A stretch of DNA of 63,875 nt, counting the filler, from Octopus bimaculoides (Eukaryota): the NCBI RefSeq assembly GCF_001194135.2. It is 7 parts of 6 records of this genome, joined end to end, with 100 filler letters (N's around TTAATTAATTAA, not from the genome) between each part and the next. Parts side by side here need not be neighbours in the genome. Positions count along the whole stretch, not along the records: positions 5,689 to 13,049 come from NC_068988.1; positions 13,150 to 24,341 come from NC_069001.1; 5 more parts are not named here. One strand, 5' to 3'. Under the pieces are notes generated by a model, which saw only the letters and a program-made list of their open reading frames with translations, ran no database searches and was not told the origin of the DNA. The stretch's first letter is position 1, and each line of letters starts with the position of its first letter. Positions 11,101 to 22,514 of this stretch are shown in pieces. Both the position numbers and the translations under genes were made by a program.

Positions 11101-13014
11101 TAAATTCCTAAGCCAGGTAAATACACATACGTAAGTATGTGTATATATGTGTCTGTATCTATCTATCTATCTATNNNNNNNNNNNNNNNNNNNNNNNNNN
11201 NNNNNNNNNNNNNNNNNNNNNNNNNNNNNNNNNNNNNNNNNNNNNNNNNNNNNNNNNNNNNNNNNNNNNNNNNNNNNNNNNNNNNNNNNNNNNNNNNNNN
11301 NNNNNNNNNNNNNNNNNNNNNNNNNNNNNNNNNNNNNNNNNNNNNNNNNNNNNNNNNNNNNNNNNNNNNNNNNNNNNNNNNNNNNNNNNNNNNNNNNNNN
11401 NNNNNNNNNNNNNNNNNNNNNNNNNNNNNNNNNNNNNNNNNNNNNNNNNNNNNNNNNNNNNNNNNNNNNNNNNNNNNNNNNNNNNNNNNNNNNNNNNNNN
11501 NNNNNNNNNNNNNNNNNNNNNNNNNNNNNNNNNNNNNNNNNNNNNNNNNNNNNNNNNNNNNNNNNNNNNNNNNNNNNNNNNNNNNNNNNNNNNNNNNNNN
11601 NNNNNNNNNNNNNNNNNNNNNNNNNNNNNNNNNNNNNNNNNNNNNNNNNNNNNNNNNNNNNNNNNNNNNNNNNNNNNNNNNNNNNNNNNNNNNNNNNNNN
11701 NNNNNNNNNNNNNNNNNNNNNNNNNNNNNNNNNNNNNNNNNNNNNNNNNNNNNNATATATATATATATATATATACTTATATTTGAAATTTTAGCGGGTA
11801 TTTCGGTTGAAAGTTGGAAAAGTTTTAGATAATTTCTACCGTTCTTATTTAGTGGAAAGCTGTAATGTTGGTGTTTATGTATATTATGGGGATAGTTTGT
11901 GATAATGTGGAAAAGGAGGAAAGTTGGTGAGGTATTGTCATGTTTACCCTTCCCTCAAGATTGCTGGCCTTGTGCCAAAAATCAGAAAGAATTATATATA
12001 TTCCCATATATCAATGTATGCAACTAGATTCTTTTGTAGCTGTTGTTGACATTGTGCATCTGTTATACTAAGCGGTTTGTAGATTGTATTTTTATTTTTA
12101 TTTTCATTTGTATATTTATTTATATATTTTGCGGTCGCAGGCATCACTGTGTGATTAAAAAGATTGCTTCATGTGATGGCAGTTGTAATTGACATACAAC
12201 TGAATGAAAGTTTGAGAGACATTTAGTTAATATTTCAAGGCCGTTGAGCGAGCGCGTAGAGGCCGGTAATTGGCTGGTAATGCAAAGATGCGAAATAGGC
12301 AGATAGACAGGCAGGCAGATAGACAGGCAGGCAGATAGACAGGCAGGCAGATAGACGGATACGAAAAAGACAGGGCGAAATTTACAGAGAAGAGAATTAA
12401 ACTAGAGCAGTAAAAAGGCTGACTGATAAACATAGCCATAAAATAGCTGGAAGTTGTTGATATGCGCCTGATTAACATAGAATAAAACTATTTACTTTAA
12501 CTCTCCAAATTCCCGAATTCTCTCAGCAGCTCACAAGCCTTCTTTTAAATTTAAAGGTTAAAACATCTCATGAATGAGGCAAAAAAAATACATACTTAAC
12601 CGAAATTTTAAATATACATGTACTTTTTGCTCTTCACTGTTGTTTTCTCAGGCTCGTTGTTTAGTTGGTAATTCGTAACATGAAATAATTGCATAACAGC
12701 AATTATTAATAAACCCAGCAGCGCTGAGACTGAACGACAATAATATCATTTATGTATCTTTCTCTGGTCGCATCTGACCTATAGCACGTAAAATAGAAGC
12801 GACCAGAAAGTAAAGCATCGAACTAAATGTTTTTTTGCAAAAATGATTTTCAAACATTTTGTTTTTAGTTTTATGGTTTTATTTTTCAGATCATTGCTTC
12901 ACTGATTCACACAACTCATCTCCATGTATACGTCTGAGTGTGAGTGTAACTGAGAGAGAGAGAAAGAGTGAGTGAGGGCAGGTGTACTCTCTATATATTT
13001 ATATATACATCTAC

Positions 13015-13049
<35 letters not shown>

Positions 13050-13149
13050 NNNNNNNNNNNNNNNNNNNNNNNNNNNNNNNNNNNNNNNNNNNNTTAATTA
13101 ATTAANNNNNNNNNNNNNNNNNNNNNNNNNNNNNNNNNNNNNNNNNNNN

Positions 13150-13340
13150 GTCCACAAGGTCTGGGTACATGGAGTAAATAAAATCATAACATAAACAATT
13201 AAATATAAGAAATAATAATTTCTTGAAGTATGTGTTAATCTCCATGTGGTTACACGTAGTAAATAAAATCATAACATAAACTATTAAATATAAGAAATAA
13301 TATTAATCCCCATGTACCCAGACTTTGTGGACACCCTGTA
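13150..13340. mobile_element. Tc1/mariner-type MITE
   Basis: TIR gtccacaaggtctgggtacatgg / ccatgtacccagactttgtggacaccctg followed by TA; internal direct duplication of about 45 bp; left end in a gap. Confidence 0.8.
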
Positions 13341-13851
13341 TAATAGCCTTCTGAATAGGTAGGATGTCATGATTGAAACTTTTTTTTTATCATATATATA
13401 CATACGATCAGGGGTAAACTTGCGTCTAAACAACACAATCGCGGGAATCCAATTCTAAAGCACCTTGCTTTAATAAAGACCAGGCGCACGTCTTCACTAT
13501 CCCCACAGCTACGCAACAAGTCACTGTAACGCATATTATTTCTCAATTATACTCATTTTTATATTCCTTCTTTCCTTGATATATTCGAAATAAGTAATTT
13601 CAAGGGCGAGTCACGAGATAAATACTAATGTAATTAATAGCATGTAATCTACAGAAAAAAAACCTCGGATAGAAAACTGGTTGAAAGAAATCTGCGGAAT
13701 CCGAAACTGCGTCTTCTGAAATATCTCTTTGATATATTTACCTGTTAGAGTATCTGTTAGGCCCCAGAATTAATGGTTTTAATTGGTTTTAATTCACTTT
13801 ATTATTTTTTTTGGTTTTAATTTCTTATGAACGAATTAAAATTTATGAAAT

Positions 13852-13865
13852 ATTTGGCGCCAAAT
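13852..13865. promoter_or_regulatory. Palindromic double E2F site ATTTGGCGCCAAAT upstream of XRCC2
   Basis: TTTSSCGC consensus on both strands, about 46 bp upstream of the XRCC2 ATG; fits cell-cycle control of homologous-recombination genes. Confidence 0.55.
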
Positions 13866-13910
13866 TTAACATTTTGTCTTATCGTTGTTGTAAGCGACAT
13901 CACAGTAGTT

Positions 13911-13943
13911 ATGGCAGTAAAGACTGTGGAAACTGGTTCAGAG
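13911..13943 (+). CDS. XRCC2: XRCC2 coding exon 1 (MAVKTVETGSE)
   Basis: ATG at 13911, 11 codons, then donor GAG|GTAAAT at 13944. Phase 0 joins exon 2 to give ETGSE|LLARL, matching human AESGTE|LLARL (recalled). Not in the ORF track. Confidence 0.85.
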
Positions 13944-14689
13944 GTAAATATCAACATTTCGGAAGCAATATATCTTTTTTATCTTATTTGTTTAACCCAG
14001 TAGCATGTAGCCATGCTGGGGCACTGCTTTGAAGAATCTGTAGTCGAATGAATCGACCCTAGTATATATTTTTCTTATTTTTTTAATATGCGTGGTACTT
14101 ATTCTATTGTCCCTTTGGCTGAACCACTAAGTTACGGGGGACATAAATACACCAACACCGGGATACTTTTTATGAAATTTTCTATCAATACCCTTCAGAT
14201 GGTGTAAGTGAGGTTTATAATGGAATTTAATATGAAGAAAAAATAAAATTGCTGGGCTCACACACATATTGACAGACATCACATATATCTATAAAATGAA
14301 ACTTGAAATTTTGGAAAAAATTGTGATATGTATGTGCCCAATACATTTCTCTATTAAGTTCCAATATAATCCTAATCTAACCAAGTGAAAGATATTTGTA
14401 GAAAATTTCATTAAAAAAATACCCATTTTTCTGAAAGTTATAAAATTTTGATCTTTCTATGTTAGGGGGTCTCCATCAATTAATGCTAACCAGGAATCGT
14501 CATCATCATCATCATTTTAACGTCCACTTTTCCATGCTTGCATAGATTGGATGGAGCTCATTCAGGCTGGATGCCCTTTCTGTTGTCAACCTTTGCCTGT
14601 TTCCAAGCAGGGTTATATTTCCTCATGACCAGGCATGTTTTTGGCAGAATACTGGAAATTAACGACACTGCTTGTATGGCAGTGACACT

Positions 14690-14990
14690 CATTTACAGCT
14701 ACTATGCAATGTCAAGACAAGGAGCCACAAACATACACATACACTCACACACATGCACATACATACATCTGTATAAAAATACACACACACACATGTACAT
14801 AGATATCGCTGTATAAAAATATACACACCTGATGGGCTTCTTTCAATTTCCATCAACTGAATCCACTCGCAAATTTTTGGTTGGCCTGGGACTATAGTGG
14901 AAGACACTTGACCAAGGTGCTATACAGTGGGATTGAAACCAGAACCATGTGGTTGGAAAGCAAAACTACTCAACCACACAGCCACACCTA
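14690..14990 (-). mobile_element. Family-B SINE in the XRCC2 intron
   Basis: Reverse-complement family-B head at 14880-14990 and internal CA/TA microsatellite. Confidence 0.75.
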
Positions 14991-15042
14991 CAGAAATCTT
15001 TATTTTATATAAAATAAAATAATTTTTTTATTTCTTCTTCAG

Positions 15043-15948
15043 CTGCTCGCCAGGCTTGGCACACGTGTTCCCCTTAGCAACATTGTGCCAGAACTGTTTG
15101 GAGAAGGGTCGAGTAGCGGAGAGATCATTGAATTCTTCGGAGAAGAAGGAACTGGTAAAACCGAACTCTTGCTGAATCTAATCACACGATGCATTCTTCC
15201 AAAAGTCTGGCAAAATATTCCTGTTGATGGTCCCGAGTCGAAAGTTGTTTTCATCAGCACTGACTACAAGTTTTCTATCTTAAGACTAGTTCTCATCTTG
15301 GAAAAGAAAATTACCAAAATTCTTCAATCTCATTTCAGTGAACTATCACAAAATGCTAATGATGGAGATAATGTTACCAAGCCGGACATGGAATCAGAAG
15401 TGCAATTATTTACTGATGACTGTCTCCAACGTGTCCAAGTTGTTTATTGTTCAAGCTCATGGCAGTTGTTCCTTACTTTACACAGTCTTGAATACCAACT
15501 GACCACTGATGCAAGTTATAGTTTATTGGTTATTGATAGCATATCAACATTTTATTGGCTGGACAGGTTTTGTGCCAATGATAACATCAGCAACCAGGGC
15601 CTTAACATACGCAGAATTACTAAAATACTAAAGAAATTTGTTAATGACCTTAATATTTCTGTTATAGCCACCAAATTGTCCCTCTTTAAACCAAAATATT
15701 CTGACAATCTAGACCCAACAAATAATAATAGTCTTATAATTAATCCTAATGCTATAAATAATCCAGGGATATATTCAACAGCTAAGCAGTCCCATACAAA
15801 ATACTTGGATAAAGTCTGGGAAAATTTTGTTTGCAAACGGTGGGTTTTCACAGTAATCTCTGCTGCAGAATCTAAGTTTTGTTTGACAGGTACAAACCTG
15901 AAAACTCTTCATTTTACCATCACAGAATCTGGTGTGAAGTTCTTGTGA
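15043..15948 (+). CDS. XRCC2: XRCC2 coding exon 2, RAD51-paralog ATPase domain; full protein about 312 aa
   Basis: Acceptor tttcttcttcAG at 15041-15042. In-frame LLARLG..., Walker A GEEGTGKT, RCILPK, VVFISTDYKF, Walker B LLVIDS, FYWLDR, and a C-terminal YLDKVWENFV motif; stop TGA 15946-15948. Confidence 0.95.
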   Translation: MLARLGTRVPLSNIVPELFGEGSSSGEIIEFFGEEGTGKTELLLNLITRCILPKVWQNIPVDGPESKVVFISTDYKFSILRLVLILEKKITKILQSHFSELSQNANDGDNVTKPDMESEVQLFTDDCLQRVQVVYCSSSWQLFLTLHSLEYQLTTDASYSLLVIDSISTFYWLDRFCANDNISNQGLNIRRITKILKKFVNDLNISVIATKLSLFKPKYSDNLDPTNNNSLIINPNAINNPGIYSTAKQSHTKYLDKVWENFVCKRWVFTVISAAESKFCLTGTNLKTLHFTITESGVKFL

Positions 15949-17349
15949 TAAATATTGATTTCTTTGCACTGGATTAGAGTTACGAAGCTAGAAAATGGAT
16001 AAAATCATCTACATGCGCCTGATTACTTGTTTGCTTTATCTGAATCAGGATAACGGAGAAGAAGAACAAAAAAAGGAAAATTCAACAACATAACAGGTGT
16101 TGATATTATCATCATCATCATCATCAATTACTTGGTGACTCTGCCAGTGCTGGTGCCACATAAAAAGCATCCAGTCCACTCTGTAAAGTGGTTGGCATTT
16201 GGAAGGGCATCCGACTATAAAAACCATGCCAAAGCTGACCTCATCTATGCTGGTACCACATAAAAAGCACTCTGTCCATCTGCTGGGTGGTTGGAGTTAG
16301 GAAGGGTATTCAGCCATAAAAACTGCCAAAACAGACACAGAAGTTCGTTGTAGTCTTCTGCCTGGCCAGCTCCTGTCAAACTGTTCAAACCATGCCAACA
16401 TGGAACATATATTCTCTCCCCCTATCATTTTCTCTCATCTTTTTTTTCCCCTTCACCATTTTCTATCTATCACCAGTTTCTATTTACTAGACTTGTTTAC
16501 AAGGCTTTGGTTAGCTTGAAGCTATAGTAAAAGAAACACTTGCCCAAGGTGGCACACAGTAGGATTGCACCCAAAATCATGTTGCCAGGAAACAAACTGC
16601 TTAACTACACAGCCATACCTTCTTGAGAAAAACTAATGGTACCTACCTTGCAAGTTCATTCTGTCAAAACACAGCTGCCCAAAGTAATTAGTTTACAATC
16701 AACAAAATGGTCAATGACTTACATGAATCATTGATCACTTGTGGTCATTGACCACTACTAGAAAGAAAGAGGACTGTCATTAAGATTTTGAAAAGTGTTT
16801 CACAAAAAAAAGAGGCTAAAAATAATAATAAAGAAATATACAGGAATAGAGGTAGTTGTGCTGATGATTAAGTCATAAACATACAACATTTATGGCCTAA
16901 ACACTCAAAGCAGTAAATGTTTAATCTCTGCTTAATAAAAGCCCATATAAATGTTGATTGATTGGTCGATTTCTCTTGTCATGTTTTATAGACAGGAGAA
17001 GAGAGAGGGGAGGGAGAGAGAGAGAGAGAGACAGTGTCTTATGACTTTATCATTTATCTTGTTCCAGTCCAGTCATTGGACTACATGGCCATACTGGGGC
17101 ATCACTTTGAAGGGTTTTAGTCGAACAAATTGATACTTTTCTTTTTTTTTTGGTTTCAGTCACTTGACTGAGGCCATGCTGGAGTACTAATACTTTTTTT
17201 TTTTTTAATCTGGTACCTATTCTGTTGGCCTCTTTTGCTGAACTGCTAAGTAATGGGGGAGGTTAACAAACCAACACCAGTTGTCTAGTGGTGTGTTGGT
17301 GGGAGGAACGAATCAATACAAAGTCACACACATACAGACAAACAGAGAA

Positions 17350-18030
17350 TTAGAGGCAGTCAGCAAATTAGCAAACAATTATCTGTGGACACACAAGAAC
17401 AAGAGATCCCCAAGTAACCACTTCATAAAGGGCAGAAAACATCGACAGACAACAAATATAGTCTGTGCAAGACCAAAACCGAAGACATTAACCATATTGC
17501 CAACTGTGAGAGAGTGTCTTCCAGATACTATCTTCCCACAAGGCATGTTAGAGTGGCCAGAATGGTCTGGAACAGGATAATACACAAGAAAACATCTACA
17601 AAGTTTACTATATTGAGACCGAAGGGGTCAAAAGAATACTGGTGGACCTTGAAAATTAAAACAGCCACCAAGTTACAAAACAACTAATTAGATATCGTTA
17701 TGTGGGACCTCAAGGAAAAGATATGTTCTGTCATGGACATCAGCTGCGCTCTGGACACTGATGTGGTAAGAAATATACAAGAGAAAAAGGACCTCTATGC
17801 ACGATTGACAATGATTTTGCTAATCCAGTACCCAAGATACACTTTCAGCTTCATACTTGTTTTTCTTGGAGCAACAGGATACATACCAACCTGTCTGGAA
17901 CAAAGTATGGCTGGACTTGGGATCTTGAGGAGAGAATGCAAATCCTTAATTCATACTCTACAAATGATCACAATATCTGGGGCTATAATAATCTGCAAGA
18001 CCTTAAGATTTAAAGGGTGATGACCAAAAG
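17350..18030 (+). mobile_element. 3' relic of an RLE-endonuclease non-LTR retrotransposon (R4/NeSL-like)
   Basis: Degenerate CCHC knuckle (SLCKTKTEDINHIANC...RH.RVARMVW), then a PD-(D/E)xK-type segment DIVMWD...DISCALD...QEKKDLYARL...VFLGATG; frameshifted. Confidence 0.85.
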
Positions 18031-19109
18031 CAAGATGCTTTCCTTCACAACCTTGCTACAAGCAGGTGGCCAATCTAAAATTTATTCTAAATTGAAAAGA
18101 GAACTCACGCACACATTTATGAGGGAATACTGAAAAGTTCCCGACATTAAGGGTATTGCAAAGGGCCTGGTGGGAGACTCAACCTTCTGAGTTCTTTTAC
18201 AGGGCTTAGAAAAACTGAAGGGCTGCTACAATAAATGTGTGAATCTGAGAGGTGAATATGTTGAATAAAATCATAATTAACTGATCTTTCTGTATTTTGC
18301 TTTACCCAAAGCCAGGAACTTTTCAGCACCCCAACCTCAATACAATGGGCTTCCACACAGTTCCCATTTACCAATTTCACTCACAAGACATGGGTGCCAT
18401 GGAGTGAGATTGAACCCAAATCCTTGCTGNNNNNNNNNNNNNNNNNNNNNNNNNNNNNNNNNNNNNNNNNNNNNNNNNNNNNNNNNNNNNNNNNNNNNNN
18501 NNNNNNNNNNNNNNNNNNNNNNNNNNNNNNNNNNNNNNNNNNNNNNNNNNNNNNNNNNNNNNNNNNNNNNNNNNNNNNNNNNNNNNNNNNNNNNNNNNNN
18601 NNNNNNNNNNNNNNNNNNNNNNNNNNNNNNNNNNNNNNNNNNNNNNNNNNNNNNNNNNNNNNNNNNNNNNNNNNNNNNNNNNNNNNNNNNNNNNNNNNNN
18701 NNNNNNNNNNNNNNNNNNNNNNNNNNNNNNNNNNNNNNNNNNNNNNNNNNNNNNNNNNNNNNNNNNNNNNNNNNNNNNNNNNNNNNNNNNNNNNNNNNNN
18801 NNNNNNNNNNNNNNNNNNNNNNNNNNNNNNNNNNNNNNNNNNNNNNNNNNNNNNNNNNNNNNNNNNNNNNNNNNNNNNNNNNNNNNNNNNNNNNNNNNNN
18901 NNNNNNNNNNNNNNNNNNNNNNNNNNNNNNNNNNNNNNNNNNNNNNNNNNNNNNNNNNNNNNNNNNNNNNNNNNNNNNNNNNNNNNNNNNNNNNNNNNNN
19001 NNNNNNNNNNNNNNNNNNNNNNNNNNNNNNNNNNNNNNNNNNNNNNNNNNNNNNNNNNNNNNNNNNNNNNNNNNNNNNNNNNNNNNNNNNNNNNNNNNNT
19101 TGATAAATA

Positions 19110-19830
19110 AATGTAATGATTAAGTTGTACAACTCGTGTTTTCTCTGCGAGTTCCCGAGAGGAATGCAACAGCGTTTAGTGGCGTCGCTTTGTGGGCCTT
19201 TCCACATCGGTAGCATTTCTGGTCTGTGGAATAAGACTGCTGATGGTTCTTTTGAGGACTCTTATTCTTGTTCTGTTGGACCTTGTAGACTTGCTTGGTT
19301 TTGGAACTGTAGACCGTTTCTTTGGCAACCTTTGCTGCGTCTTCTGTCTCGATGGCAACTTGGACAGTATGGGCAAAATCTATTTCTGTGTCTTTGATCA
19401 TAAAAAGCGCCTTCAGAACCGCTTCATTGTTGACCGAACATATGAATCTGTCTCAGAGCTTCATCCTGTGGGTTGGTAATCGATGGAAAATCACATGTAG
19501 CCGCATCCTGGCGTATACATGCTGCCAGCTCCTGGAGAGTTTCGCCTGGCTTCCGTTGCATATCACTCCAAAACTTGAAACGCTCTCTCACAATGAAAAG
19601 TTTTGGGTTGAACTGTTCCTTCATGAAGTCAACGATTTCGTCCATTGTCAAGTTGTTGATATCTTTAGGCGGATTTTGTTGAGTTGCCAGATTAGCAAGT
19701 TGCTTGTAAATAGTAGCGACCTGATTGGTCAGGAACACTTGTGCCATGCGTTGTTCAGGTACAGCATTAGCAGCCACAAATGTGCGGAATCTTGATCAGT
19801 AATCAGGTCATAGTTCTGTCGTTGAATCAA
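19110..19830 (-). mobile_element. Ty3/Gypsy (Mag/K02A2.6-like) gag relic
   Basis: RERFKFWSDMQRKPGETLQELAA.IRQDAATCDF, then after a frameshift EAVLKALF...AIETEDAAK and a zinc-knuckle start CYRCGK.HKA; truncated by a gap. Confidence 0.9.
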
Positions 19831-20282
19831 ATGCAAATAAAAGAATAAAAGTTACAAAAACTGGTTAGCATCAAAGAAATAAGTTCCACTCCAAAATTCT
19901 TTAACAAAACCATTTTATTAATTAGCAGCAGCAGCAGCAGTCTTCATGGTTTATTCCAGGAAGAATACCAATATGGTTTACAGAAAAATAACTTTTTAAA
20001 TAAGCCCTGGGTGATAATTTTTTTTGATATTCTTTTGGTTTCATATATATATATTTTTTTTTTTCTTTTAATTTTTTGTTTTACATTTCAAATATAAATT
20101 ATTTCGTAAGAATATTGGTAAGACAGTTTTTGTTTTCAAATTATTTATAGATTCAAACCATTATGTGGTTTTATTGTTTTTTTTTATATATATTTTTATT
20201 TGTCATTTAGTGAACAGCTGAGTACTTCTTGATTCAAATGAAATATCAATATAATAATAATAATAATATCATTAATAATAAT

Positions 20283-21395
20283 TCTTTCTACTATAGACAC
20301 AAGGCCTGAAATTTTTTTTAGTGGGTGTAGTCAATTACACTGCCCCCCCNNNNNNNNNNCCCCCCCATACTTCATTGGTACTTGGTATTTTATTTTACTG
20401 AACCCCAAAAGGATGAAAGGCAATGTTGACTTTGGTGGGATGTGAACTCAGAATGTAACAAGTCAGAAGAAATGCCGTAGAACATTTTGTCCAATATGCT
20501 AATGAATCTGCCAGGTTGCCACCTTCATAATAATAATAATAATTCTTTCTTCTATAGGAGCAAGGCCTGAAATTTTGAGGAGAAGGGGCTAGTCAATTAT
20601 ATTGACCCTAGTATCCAACTGATACTTATTACATTGACCCCAGTATCCAACTGATACTTATTTTATTGACCCCGAAAGGATAAAAGGCAAAGTCAACCCT
20701 GATGGCATTTGAACTCAAAACATAAGATGAACAAAATGTTGCTAAGCATTTTGTCCAGTGTTAAAGATTCTGCAGGCTTGCTGCCTTAAAGTGAGATATT
20801 TACAGCACCTAAGTTTCCCAAGTGGTCACCCATCTAAGTACTAACTAAGCTCAATGTTGCTTAACTATGGTCATCAGACAGGAACTGGTGCATTCAACAT
20901 GATACGCCTGTAAGCAACTTGAAAACAATAATAATTATTTCTAATTTTGGTAGAAGGCTGACAATTTTTTAGTGGGAGGGAGAAGTGGATTACATCGACC
21001 CTGGTACTTTATTTTATCAACCCCTAAAGGGTGAAAGGCAAGGCTGACCTCAGCAGGATTTGAAATCAGAATGTAATGGACATTTTTCTGATGCTCTTAG
21101 TGATTCTGCGAGCCTGTTGCTCTCCTAATAATAACTATTTCAAATTTTGGCACAAGGTCAGCAAATTCAGAGGAGGGTATAAGTCAACCACATTGACCCC
21201 AGTATTCAACTGGTACTTATTCTATCAACCCAGAAAGGATGAATGGTAAAGTTAATCTTAGTAGAATTTGAACTCAGAACATGAAGACATGAAATGCCGC
21301 TAAGCATTTTGCTTAGTGTGCTAACGATTCTGCCAGTTTGCTGCCCTAATAATACTAAAAACCCTTTCTACTAAAGGCACAAGGCCTGAAATTTG
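20283..21395 (-). mobile_element. Cluster of about five co-oriented family-A SINEs (with the 5S pseudogene inside)
   Basis: Repeated reverse-complement units ttctactatagacacaaggcctgaaattt...gaaaggcaaagtcaac...gaactcagaa...gccagcttgctgcc separated by (TAA)n. Confidence 0.85.
20798..20915 (-). pseudogene. 5S rRNA pseudogene
   Basis: Minus strand reads GCTTACAGGCGTATCATGTTGAATGCACCAGTTCCTGTCTGATGACCATAGTTAAGCAACATTGAGCTTAGTTAGTACTTAGATGGGTGACCACTTGGGAAACTTAGGTGCTGTAAAT: near full-length 5S with internal A/C-box regions recognisable and many substitutions; solitary copy. Confidence 0.85.
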
Positions 21396-21582
21396 TCAAA
21401 TAACATTCCCCCCACCAGAGTGACCCTTCAAAGGAACCCCATTTCAACTGCTTGTATTCAGAATCACACTTTTTGGATCATTACCCAACATGCATAACCA
21501 TAGGTGAGAATAAGAATGAAAGCCATACATTTTATTTTAGCACCAATGCAGAAGTTGTTTTATCCTCAACAAGAGGACATAA

Positions 21583-22127
21583 CGGATCTTTTTTAAAACG
21601 GGGGCCACATTTTTCATTAACGAAACACTTTGAAACTTGGAACACTGGTAGAATGTGTCATATAAAACATCTTTTTCTCTTAGTCTTCTAAAAAAAAAAA
21701 AAGAAATCCTAAGCTATTCCATGTTAAAGTTGTCGTATTTCTGTAATTTCAACCAATCACTGACGTCCATTCAGCCGATATACATTAAGTGCCGACTACA
21801 TAAACAAACGATTCTGAAACAATTAACCCTAACCCTAGGGTTAAGGTTAGGGTTAAAGCAAATAAAACGAAGGTATGGAGATTAAATACGCTTTACATCG
21901 CTTAATCAGATAAAGGAGTAAATGTAAACAACTGAATACTTGTCAGTGATTGGTTGAAATTATCGAAATAAGACAATTTTTTACATGAAATAAATTCGAA
22001 TACAAAAATATTTTTCTGTTCTATAACACAAAATAGATAAGTATACGAAGTTTGAAAGTCTTTCCGTACCAAAAACACTACGTAAAACATTAATGAAAAA
22101 TGTGGCCCCCGTTTTAAAATAGATCCG
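21583..22127. mobile_element. 545-bp TIR element with nested inverted repeats, flanked by a 31-bp direct repeat
   Basis: 38-bp TIR cggatct(t/a)ttttaaaacgggggccacatttttcattaa; inner inverted repeat aatttcaaccaatcactgac; central ttaaccctaaccctagggttaaggttagggttaa; flanking repeat at 21552-21582 and 22128-22158. Confidence 0.9.
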
Positions 22128-22514
22128 AAGTTGTTTTATCCTCAACAAGAGCACATAACTTCTCATTTTGACCATATGCAGCCTCTTCAAGTTTGCCAAC
22201 CACATTGCAGAATGCCCTGGCTCCTTGTGTGGTGAACCCTGTACCTTATACAACTGAAGTGTCCTCACTATACAACAGTGTCTCTGTTCATTCGAGGCAA
22301 CGTGACTAAAAGTAAAGAGGAGCCAGAGAGTGTGGGGTGAAGGGAACAAGAGAAGAATCGTGGGTGATGGACTGGCAGAATCATTAAAGGATTGGGAAAT
22401 AAATACCTTGTATATTTTGTTCAGGCTCTTTACATTCTGAGATCAAATCCTGCCACAGTCAACTTTGCCTTTCAAATTTTCTTTTTTGTTGGGGTAGTGG
22501 TGATTGTTGTCTTC

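Noticed and set aside
11137-11832. Long ORFs spanning N runs (also about 18.4-19.2, 22.7-23.7, 25.3-25.9, 28.1-28.9, 41.2-41.5, 52.0-52.7, 57.5-58.4 kb)
   Set aside because: Open only because N codons are not stops.
21824-21857. TAACCC/GGGTTA units suggesting an interstitial telomere fusion
   Set aside because: Only a few imperfect units, forming the centre of the TIR element.
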